Of a DNA stretch of 64,000 nt, positions 49,096 through 56,495 are shown piece by piece. Numbering within the stretch: the stretch's first letter is position 1; the number at the start of each line of letters is the position of its first letter. Where the stretch lies: the NCBI GenBank assembly GCA_040374745.1, contig JBEITT010000014.1, positions 4,680 to 68,679 of the forward strand. The letters run 5' to 3'. This DNA comes from Planctomycetaceae bacterium (GTDB lineage: Bacteria > Planctomycetota > Planctomycetia > Isosphaerales > Isosphaeraceae). The position numbers and the translations under genes were made by a program. The notes below the pieces were generated by a model, which saw only the letters and a list, made by a program, of their open reading frames with translations, had not been told where the DNA came from and did not search any database.

Positions 49096-49464
49096 CTATT
49101 TCGGAATACCAATTTCGACAATTTCTCCGGTGATACGCACCGGGTATGTTGAAACACGAGTGCGGGGGCTGTCGAGCCAGCAGCCTGTTTCCAGGCTGAA
49201 TCGCCAGCCGTGCCAGGTGCATGTCACGGCTTTATCGTCAACCAGGCCATCGGCCAGCGGGGCACCCTTGTGGGGGCAGGCGTCGTCGATGGCATAAAAT
49301 TGGCCTTCAGTGCGGAAGATGGCGATCAGTCGACCGCTGATTTCTACAGGCACACCGACGTCGTCGGTGATGTCAGACAGTTTGCAGGCCGGGAAATATT
49401 CGAATTCCGCGTCGCTCATTCTCAGGCTTTTCTTGAGTCGGTGATGTCGGGCCGGGATTGGCAC
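49096..49464 (-). CDS. Rieske [2Fe-2S] protein, NirD-like
   Basis: Rieske ligand motifs CPHKGAPL and CTWHGWRF. Alternative start ATG 49419. Confidence 0.85.
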   Translation of the reverse strand: MPIPARHHRLKKSLRMSDAEFEYFPACKLSDITDDVGVPVEISGRLIAIFRTEGQFYAIDDACPHKGAPLADGLVDDKAVTCTWHGWRFSLETGCWLDSPRTRVSTYPVRITGEIVEIGIPK

Positions 49465-49580
49465 ACTGCGCGACCGGCCAGATACCTGATATTATATGCT
49501 AAAGAATGGGCCTGAGGGGTAGTTATTGCCACTGAAGGCCTGAGATCCAGATACTCAGTCATTTTCAGCGGTAAACCATC

Positions 49581-50186
49581 ATGACCACACCCGCCAGTGA
49601 CACTCGCCTTTTCTGCGTTTTTTGTGGCAGTCAGTCCGGTGCCCGCTCGATTTATTCCGAAGCGGCTAATGCGGTGGGTTATGAAATTGCACGGCAGGAG
49701 ATGGGCCTGGTTTACGGGGGCGGCAAGGTGGGCCTGATGGGCCAGGTGGCTGATTCAGTGCTGGCTCATGGCGGGCCAGTGGTGGGTGTGATTCCTGATG
49801 TGCTGATGGTCAGCGAGCTGGTGCACGAAGGGGTGACACGGCTGGAGGTAGTGCGATCGATGCACGAACGCAAGGCCCGCATGGCCGAGCTGGCCAGCTT
49901 TTTTCTGACCATGCCTGGCGGCATCGGCACTTTTGAAGAGTTTTTCGAGATTTTGACCTGGGCTGTGCTGGGTATTCACCAGAAGCCAATTGGATTATTG
50001 AATGTCGATGGCTATTTCGACCCGATCCTGAGCCTGCTAAGGCACGCGGTAGAGGAGAAATTTCTACGCCCGCAGCATCTTGATCTGATACTTGTTGGCG
50101 AAGACCCCGCCGCTCTGGTGAACAAACTCGCCACGCACGAGCCACCCTCGCCGGGCCGATTGTGGCTTGATCTCAAACAATCGTAA
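49581..50186 (+). CDS. LOG-family (TIGR00730-type) nucleotide phosphoribohydrolase
   Basis: VFCGSQSG, GLVYGGGKVGLMG, and the PGGIGTFEEFFE motif. Confidence 0.9.
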   Translation: MTTPASDTRLFCVFCGSQSGARSIYSEAANAVGYEIARQEMGLVYGGGKVGLMGQVADSVLAHGGPVVGVIPDVLMVSELVHEGVTRLEVVRSMHERKARMAELASFFLTMPGGIGTFEEFFEILTWAVLGIHQKPIGLLNVDGYFDPILSLLRHAVEEKFLRPQHLDLILVGEDPAALVNKLATHEPPSPGRLWLDLKQS

Positions 50187-50188
50187 GT
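50127..50188. repeat. direct repeat copy A (3' end of LOG gene)
   Basis: Hand alignment with 52211-52272 gives 55 of 62 positions identical. Covers the last 19 codons, the stop, and 2 nt. Confidence 0.85.
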
Positions 50189-52210
50189 GAGTTCGTTTGG
50201 TTGTTGAGTGAATGAGTAATATTACTTGTCAAGATTGGTATTAGATAATTCGGCGTAGTCGTGAAGTTGCTGAACTTTGAATTGTTTGTCGATTTCAACT
50301 CGTTGCATGATCTGATCTGGGTAGGGCAGCACGTATGATTGTGAATTTTCTTTTTTCAAGTGGGTTACAATCTCCTGTGTTTTCCTGAATTTTTCCGCGT
50401 TCTCCATCCAGAACAAAATGTCAACGTCGATCACCTGAATATCCATTCTCCAACTGTCTTTTTTCTGAAAATAAACAAGAGGTTTGCCGAATGTAAAATC
50501 GGTGATAATATTTGTCGTTTTGTTTGGATTTACTGGTATGGCCTGGTCGATTTCATTGATTAAATGCTTGGGATTATGAAAATGAAAATCGAAAGGCACA
50601 AAATAATAGGTGGATGGCCTCCAGTGATTGACACGAAGTTCGGGGACGATGCGAGGTACCAACTCAGAGGTAATTAAACCGACTGAAAAATAAAACGCTA
50701 AATTGATAAACGGGATTGCAGCGATCAGCTTGATTGCATTTCGTTTCGAGATATTGATCTCCTGCAGGACGCATGAAAAAATGATGGAAAGGCTTGGTAG
50801 AGCGATACCCATCATGAGAATTCTGCGCTGGATCATATAAGCTGACGTGAACAACATGGTTGAAAAGATGATAAAGAAGTGAACTGATAAATTATCGATG
50901 GATAGCCTTTTTACTTTTCTGATATTTGCTGCGGCGATGAGAAAAACGATGGGATATTGAAATACGATCCAGGCAAAAAATAAGACCAGTCCTTTGGGGA
51001 GACTTCTCAAATTGACGTAGGCAGTGAAAAATGTGTTTAATTGATCGGCCAAAGTTGTACTGGTTTTATTCGGAGACATGAGAAATGCAAAAAAAGGAAT
51101 TAAAACACTTGCCGAGCCGGATAATGCAATCAGTGTATGCTTAATAAATATCTTTGCTTTATGTTTCAATAATAACGAGGGCAATAATACAACAGAAAAT
51201 AAAATGACTGAAAGAGTGTGGTTGAGTAATGATAATGCCAGAAATACACCTGTAAGATAGCTGTCTTTATCTCGTGGACTCGTGGTGTTGTATAGTTTCT
51301 GAAATAACATTAAAACAAGCATCCATAATACTATCAGCAAACCATATGATTCCTGTATACAAAATACAAATAATGAGGTGTTTGAAAAGCCAAACAATAG
51401 ACAGGCTATAATACGAATTCTTTTACTGAGCGTATAGTGACTCAATAACTGGTACAATAATGCAACAGAAGCAGCACCACTTGCGACAGAGATTAGAGAA
51501 AGTGCAATGTGAGGTGCCATGCCAGTGATGGTCGTGATGAAATAACCCAGAAAAATGAGCAGGCTGTGATGGCCCATTCCAGTTGTGAGAGAACGCACGC
51601 CGAAATCGCGATCAAGAACATAGAGAGAGAGTTTTGACGAATCCCCCCATAGCGGTTCTCTGGCCATAAGCAAGCCGTAGAAAGCAAAAAGCAGAGCGAA
51701 AAGAGTCATGCCCGTGAAATCACGATGCTTAATGGCTGTCTCACTGGAATCGATTTGATTAGTCTGAATGCTTGCAGAAAGATGGTTCATGGCAACGATC
51801 AGCCTTCTGACGAAAAAAGTCTCGCATGTCCAGGCAATTATCAAATCGGCCCGGCTTGATGTTATTTTAATCAATCTCAGTTCAAGTTTCCACATGATCC
51901 AGGTTATTGTTTCATGAGTAAAGATCTCGACTTTCGCACTATTAATTCAAATTTCGATTTGAATTTGCAATTACTCTCAATGGCAAGTTAGACGCTATCT
52001 GGTTCTTCTAAAATCTCTATCGATTTTCGCCTCTATGAAAAGGCCGTCATCGAGCATCTTGACAGGTGTTCAAGCCAATGTCTCATGACAGGGACGGACC
52101 AATAAATCGCGTACCCGCTTTTCGTGAACTTCTGCGAGTCTTTCCAGCCCAAATGACGACGCCCACCTTCCGCAACTTCAGTCAAATCGCCGCCGGATGG
52201 CTCTTTGCCG
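50189..52210. mobile_element. AT-rich inserted segment 1 (putative integrated island, no recombinase seen)
   Basis: Bounded by repeat copies A and B. A hand-counted 50-nt sample gave ~38% GC versus ~56% for a 50-nt sample across the 3' end of the LOG gene (repeat A). Confidence 0.45.
50222..51895 (-). CDS. polytopic membrane protein, GT-C / DUF2723 (TMEM260-like) glycosyltransferase-like
   Basis: A 557-codon ORF in AT-rich DNA is unlikely to be spurious. About 10 hydrophobic helices, a first-loop segment EPLWGDSSKL...GMGHHS reminiscent of the DUF2723 WDSGE...HPPG region, and a soluble C-terminal ~130 aa. Likely start ATG 51790 (MNHLSAS). Confidence 0.6.
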   Translation of the reverse strand: MWKLELRLIKITSSRADLIIAWTCETFFVRRLIVAMNHLSASIQTNQIDSSETAIKHRDFTGMTLFALLFAFYGLLMAREPLWGDSSKLSLYVLDRDFGVRSLTTGMGHHSLLIFLGYFITTITGMAPHIALSLISVASGAASVALLYQLLSHYTLSKRIRIIACLLFGFSNTSLFVFCIQESYGLLIVLWMLVLMLFQKLYNTTSPRDKDSYLTGVFLALSLLNHTLSVILFSVVLLPSLLLKHKAKIFIKHTLIALSGSASVLIPFFAFLMSPNKTSTTLADQLNTFFTAYVNLRSLPKGLVLFFAWIVFQYPIVFLIAAANIRKVKRLSIDNLSVHFFIIFSTMLFTSAYMIQRRILMMGIALPSLSIIFSCVLQEINISKRNAIKLIAAIPFINLAFYFSVGLITSELVPRIVPELRVNHWRPSTYYFVPFDFHFHNPKHLINEIDQAIPVNPNKTTNIITDFTFGKPLVYFQKKDSWRMDIQVIDVDILFWMENAEKFRKTQEIVTHLKKENSQSYVLPYPDQIMQRVEIDKQFKVQQLHDYAELSNTNLDK

Positions 52211-52272
52211 CTCGCCTCACACGATCCACCCTCGCCCGGCCGCTTATGGCTTGATCTCAAACAGTCGTAAGT
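52211..52272. repeat. direct repeat copy B (orphan copy of LOG 3' end)
   Basis: Translates to LASHDPPSPGRLWLDLKQS*, versus the LOG C-terminus LATHEPPSPGRLWLDLKQS*. Confidence 0.85.
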
Positions 52273-52343
52273 TGTATTTGAAATTAACCGCAGAATTTCA
52301 TCGCCGATCATCAATATTGTTGTATAAACAAATTTCACCTGCC

Positions 52344-52406
52344 ATTTGCCCGGCGGGCCCGGTGGCGGTATGATCGGGCAATACACCGGCCGGAACTGCC
52401 ATGATT
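52344..52406. repeat. direct repeat copy C (orphan copy of aminoacylase promoter/leader)
   Basis: Hand alignment with 53676-53738 gives 57 of 63 identical. Contains TTGCCC-17 nt-TATGAT at 52346-52374. Confidence 0.85.
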
Positions 52407-52435
52407 TTTTTACAAGTCTTATTTTGTAAATTTCT

Positions 52436-52741
52436 TCATGAATCGAGGGTTAAAACTTTTGCAAGTATTTCCGGGTTGCCAGTCAAAGCCTTATAAGCAT
52501 CATCTTCGCTATTCAGCGAAAGTTCAGCAAAAACAAAATCGGGATTTAAAAGTTTCAATTCCGCAACTTTTTGAATATCATTCAGGATTGCATTTGTGGA
52601 TTTTGCCATAAAATCCGGCGTTATGGCTGACCAATCAACTCGCAGCAAAGGTGGGTATTCTTTTTCAAGCTCAGTGAGCTGTGCAATCTGTTTTTTTCTA
52701 ATCAACCCAAGTTTGTTTGCTTTTTCAATTGTTAATCCCAA
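52436..52741 (-). CDS. hypothetical protein (possibly the 3' part of a TGA-interrupted 137-codon gene)
   Basis: 101-codon ORF with a TTG start and no RBS. The same frame is open upstream to an ATG at 52849, interrupted only by TGA at 52763-52765. Confidence 0.35.
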   Translation of the reverse strand: MGLTIEKANKLGLIRKKQIAQLTELEKEYPPLLRVDWSAITPDFMAKSTNAILNDIQKVAELKLLNPDFVFAELSLNSEDDAYKALTGNPEILAKVLTLDS

Positions 52742-52886
52742 TAGTTTTTTGGCCTCAGTATGTCATTCCTGAAATGCTATCTGAGCAGGCATTAGATTGC
52801 CCTTAAGCGAATTCTCATTTTTCTTAATTCTTTTTTCCAAATACAACATAGTTTTCTGTAATTTCTCAGTTTTTAATTTTGCTTTT

Positions 52887-53441
52887 TTATCTGAACGGAA
52901 AAAAAAGATAAATTATAATAACTGTAAAAAGGGGTGAAATAAGAATAGTAAACATTATTAAGTGGTTTACAAATTGGTTATTAGAGTTTTCGGAAGCCAA
53001 CTCGTCCGAGATTTTCGAAAATTCGTATTTAAGCGATGAATAAACAGAAACAGGCTCGACTAAATCGTTTAAACATGCATTCAATTCGACCAGACGATTT
53101 GAATGCATATATTTTTGTAATTTTAATTTTGAAAAAACATAATTTGCATGATCATTAATAATTCTGCTGTAAAATTTATTTAAAAGGAACTCAAACCGAC
53201 CCTTTGCATCGCTATTCAAAAGCCATTGCTCTTCTCGCTGGGCTATGGCGATCATCTCCATCTTCTGATTATGCTTATTTTGCGCATGCGCCTGAGCGTG
53301 AAGTATCTTTGTTTGAGCAATTTGATGAGCTTCCATCAGTTCCCGGGAGGCTCTCTCTTCCCAAAGATATGCATTATTAGCTAAGTCTCTACCAAATTCA
53401 GAAAAATGCTTTATGCCTTTACTGTCTCGATATTGCGACAT
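52887..53441 (-). CDS. hypothetical tail-anchored membrane protein
   Basis: 184-codon ORF in very AT-rich DNA. Helical Gln/His/Lys-rich body and a C-terminal hydrophobic helix LIMFTILISPLFTVIIIYLFF. Confidence 0.45.
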   Translation of the reverse strand: MSQYRDSKGIKHFSEFGRDLANNAYLWEERASRELMEAHQIAQTKILHAQAHAQNKHNQKMEMIAIAQREEQWLLNSDAKGRFEFLLNKFYSRIINDHANYVFSKLKLQKYMHSNRLVELNACLNDLVEPVSVYSSLKYEFSKISDELASENSNNQFVNHLIMFTILISPLFTVIIIYLFFPFR

Positions 53442-53675
53442 GTCGCTATCTCACGATTCAAGTCAATGGACTACCACACGATCTTCAAAATTGACCAGTT
53501 ATAGTAATTATCTGAGGTTTCTGTCACTTTTCGAAAAAAAACAATAATTGCAGCGTGCTATATGCGATAAACAATACTTATGTATAGATTTATGAGAACT
53601 ACTGGCAAATAAAAAAAACGCCTGACCCTGAATTAAACCACAAGAAGTCATATTGAAATATTACTTTTTCAGAGT

Positions 53676-53738
53676 ATTTGCCCGGTGGGCCCGGTGGCGG
53701 TATGATCAGTCGATACACCGGCCGGAATTGCCACGATT
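53676..53738. repeat. direct repeat copy D (promoter/leader contiguous with aminoacylase gene)
   Basis: See copy C. Ends 30 nt upstream of ATG 53769. Confidence 0.85.
53678..53706 (+). promoter_or_regulatory. sigma-70-like promoter candidate for the D-aminoacylase gene
   Basis: TTGCCC (53678-53683), a 17-nt spacer, and TATGAT (53701-53706), 63 nt upstream of the start codon. Confidence 0.4.
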
Positions 53739-53768
53739 CAGTCCAAAATCTACCCGCCAGAGGCCGAT

Positions 53769-55466
53769 ATGTCGCCCAGAATTCGCCCATCGCTGTTTGC
53801 GTTTTTTGCTCTCGTGCTTTCAATGTGTACAAATTTTGATGTCGCCAGGGCAAAAGATCAGGATGGTTATGACCTTGTGATCAAAGGCGGGCGAATTGTC
53901 GATGGCACTGGCAACCCGTGGTTTTTTGGTGATTTGGCAATCAGTAAAGACCGTGTTGTAGCGGTGGGCAAGTTGCCCGGACTACCTGCAAAACGTACGA
54001 TCGACGCGACTGGCATGGTGGTCACCCCCGGCTTTATCGACATTCATTCCCATTCTGACGATCTTCTGCTGGAAGACGGACACGCCCAGAGCAAAATACG
54101 CCAGGGTGTGACGACCGATATTCTGGGCGAAGGGCGTTCGGTTGGCCCCAACCAGGGTAAGTTGGCACCACAGGTGGCCAATGTGCGTGGCCAGAAAATT
54201 ACATGGACGACCATGGCCGGCTATTTTGACGCGATTGACCGGCTGGGCAGCAGCATTAATGTGGCAAGCTATGTCGGGCTTGATAACCTGTGGGAATGCG
54301 TGATGGGCAAGTCGCACGCCAGGCCCAATCCTGCACAAATCGACGAGATGAAAAAGCTGCTGGATGAGGCCATGGCCGAAGGGGCACTGGGTTTGTCGTC
54401 CATGTTGATGATGCCGCCGGGGTCGCTGGCCACAACTGACGACCTGGTTCAGCTTTGCAGCGTGGTGAAAAAGCACGGTGGTATCTTTTCGTCGCACATT
54501 CGCAGCGAAGGGCTGGATATTTTTGATTCAGTCAAGCAGGTGATCGAGGTGGCCGAGCTGGCCGGCGTGCCGCTGGACATTATTCATATTAAAATTGCCG
54601 ACGAAAAGCTGTGGGGCCGCATGAATGAAGTGGTCGGTCTGATTGAAGCCGCCAGGGCCCGTGGCGTCAATGTTCAGGCCAATGTTTATCCTTACACCCG
54701 AGGGAATAATAACCTGGCCAGCATCATTCCGCCCTGGGCCCATGAGGGCGGCAACTCTGCAATGATCGCCCGGTTGAAAGACACGGCTGCCCGGCAACGG
54801 CTGAAAAGCGACATCAAACAGGGCATTGATGGCTGGTATAACCACTACACGGCGGTGGGCGGCGACTGGTCGCGCATGCTCATCAGCGGGCAGGGGCCTT
54901 ATCAGGGGCAAACGATGGATAAGGTCATCGCCAGCAAATCGGCCGGAAGGCAGCCCGCACCCGACCCGCTGGACGTGCTTTTTGACGTATTGATTGAGCA
55001 GAACGGAAGTGTGCCGACAGTTTACGCTCATCATGAAGAACGTGACATGAACCTGGCCATGCGTCAGCCATGGTGCTCAATTGGTTCTGACGGTTCGGCT
55101 TACGCAATCGAAGGCCCGTTGCGAAGGGGCAATCCTCACCCGCGTAACTTTGGCACCTTTCCGCGAGTGCTTGGCGTATATGTGCGGGATAAGCAGTTGC
55201 TTACGCTTGAAGACGCGGTACGCAAGATGACCTCGCTGAACGCCGCGCGGGTGGGTATCACCGATCGGGGCACACTCAAGGCCGGTAATTTTGCCGATGT
55301 GACCATTTTTGACCCGAAGACGGTGGTTGACCAATCGATATTTACGGCCCCTTTTACTTACAACAAGGGAATCAACCAGGTGATTGTCAACGGCGTGGTG
55401 GTGCTTGATGGTGAACAACACACGGGTGCCATGCCGGGGCGGGCCCTTAGGCGAAAAAGCCCCTGA
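53769..55466 (+). CDS. N-acyl-D-amino-acid deacylase (D-aminoacylase) family amidohydrolase, exported
   Basis: Signal peptide, then [33 protein letters not shown] and the metal motif [11 protein letters not shown]. Confidence 0.88.
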   Translation: MSPRIRPSLFAFFALVLSMCTNFDVARAKDQDGYDLVIKGGRIVDGTGNPWFFGDLAISKDRVVAVGKLPGLPAKRTIDATGMVVTPGFIDIHSHSDDLLLEDGHAQSKIRQGVTTDILGEGRSVGPNQGKLAPQVANVRGQKITWTTMAGYFDAIDRLGSSINVASYVGLDNLWECVMGKSHARPNPAQIDEMKKLLDEAMAEGALGLSSMLMMPPGSLATTDDLVQLCSVVKKHGGIFSSHIRSEGLDIFDSVKQVIEVAELAGVPLDIIHIKIADEKLWGRMNEVVGLIEAARARGVNVQANVYPYTRGNNNLASIIPPWAHEGGNSAMIARLKDTAARQRLKSDIKQGIDGWYNHYTAVGGDWSRMLISGQGPYQGQTMDKVIASKSAGRQPAPDPLDVLFDVLIEQNGSVPTVYAHHEERDMNLAMRQPWCSIGSDGSAYAIEGPLRRGNPHPRNFGTFPRVLGVYVRDKQLLTLEDAVRKMTSLNAARVGITDRGTLKAGNFADVTIFDPKTVVDQSIFTAPFTYNKGINQVIVNGVVVLDGEQHTGAMPGRALRRKSP

Positions 55467-55564
55467 TGGCAGATCAAGTAAAAACTGCACCCTTGCGGCG
55501 CAGCGGCCATGGCAGAATAATCAGATTGACAGACATGTATTTGATCAAGGGAGAGTTACCAAAA

Positions 55565-56398
55565 ATGAGCACAGATGCTTTGAATCGCCGACATTTTACA
55601 CGGACATCGCTGGCTTCGGGCTTTGCCGCAGCTGTTTTGCCGGTTTCGGCCGACACGATCACCACCGACATCAATGGCTTGGAAGCAGGCGAGGTGAAGA
55701 TCAAGACCAAAGACGGCGAGATTCCGGCCTATCGTGCAATGCCCGCGGAGGGTAAAGATTTCCCCGTGGTGCTGGTGGTGCAGGAAATTTTTGGTGTGCA
55801 CGAGCATATCAAGGATGTTTGCCGAAGGTTTGCCAAGAAGGGTTATCTGGCCATCGCACCTGATCTTTACGTGCGGCAGGGCGATGTTTCAAAGTTGACG
55901 GCGTTTCCTGAAATTCTGAAGATTGTCGGGCAGGTGCCTGATGAGCAGGTGATGGCCGACCTTGACGCCACAGTGGCCTGGGCGAAGGAGTCGGGTAAAG
56001 GGAACACGGCCCGGTTAGGCATTACAGGCTTTTGCTGGGGCGGCCGGGTGGTCTGGCTTTATTCGGCCCATAATACGCAGCTAAAGGCTGGCGTGGCCTG
56101 GTATGGCCGGCTGGTTGGCATGGCCGACCCGCTGCACCCGAAGAACCCGATAGACCTGGTGGCAAATTTAAATGCACCTGTGTTGGGGCTTTATGGCGGT
56201 GCCGATAATGGCATCCCGAACAACACGGTCGAGCAGATGCAGAAGGCACTGAAAGATGCAGGCAAGCCTTCAGAAATTAAGCTATATCCTGATACACCTC
56301 ATGGTTTTCATGCCGATTATCGGCCGACATACCGCAAGGAAAATGCAGAGGATGGCTGGAAACGTCTGCTGGAATGGTTCAGCAAGAATGGTGTTTGA
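55565..56398 (+). CDS. dienelactone hydrolase family protein with twin-arginine signal
   Basis: [26 protein letters not shown] (TAT-like), nucleophile context ITGFCWGG, C-terminal [12 protein letters not shown] 55565 is preceded by GGGAGAG. Confidence 0.88.
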   Translation: MSTDALNRRHFTRTSLASGFAAAVLPVSADTITTDINGLEAGEVKIKTKDGEIPAYRAMPAEGKDFPVVLVVQEIFGVHEHIKDVCRRFAKKGYLAIAPDLYVRQGDVSKLTAFPEILKIVGQVPDEQVMADLDATVAWAKESGKGNTARLGITGFCWGGRVVWLYSAHNTQLKAGVAWYGRLVGMADPLHPKNPIDLVANLNAPVLGLYGGADNGIPNNTVEQMQKALKDAGKPSEIKLYPDTPHGFHADYRPTYRKENAEDGWKRLLEWFSKNGV

Positions 56399-56433
56399 AG
56401 CCGTATGGCTTGACTATTAACACAATAAATAAA

Positions 56434-56468
56434 GGGTGTCGCGGGCAAATCCGGGACACCCTTTTTTT
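56434..56468 (+). terminator. rho-independent terminator
   Basis: gggtgtc...gacaccc stem (7 bp, plus 3 more after one mismatch) followed by T7. Confidence 0.7.
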
Positions 56469-56495
56469 AAAGAGTATTTGATCTGATCACCAGGC

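Larger units (their letters stand above)
52407..53675. mobile_element. AT-rich inserted segment 2 (putative integrated cassette, no recombinase seen)
   Basis: Bounded by repeat copies C and D. A hand-counted 50-nt sample gave ~26% GC. Confidence 0.45.

Noticed and set aside
52033-52386. Minus-strand ORFs 52033-52386 and 53599-53853 share the peptide IIPPPGPPGK, which looked like a paralogous gene pair
   Set aside because: The shared peptide is simply the reverse-strand translation of direct repeat copies C and D. Outside the repeat the two ORFs are unrelated.
52410-53662. Weak similarity between the sequence just after copy C (acaagtcttattttgtaaat) and just before copy D (acaagaagtcatattgaaat) as possible extra terminal repeats of island 2
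   Set aside because: The match needs several gaps and lies in very AT-rich DNA, so it is not distinguishable from chance by eye.
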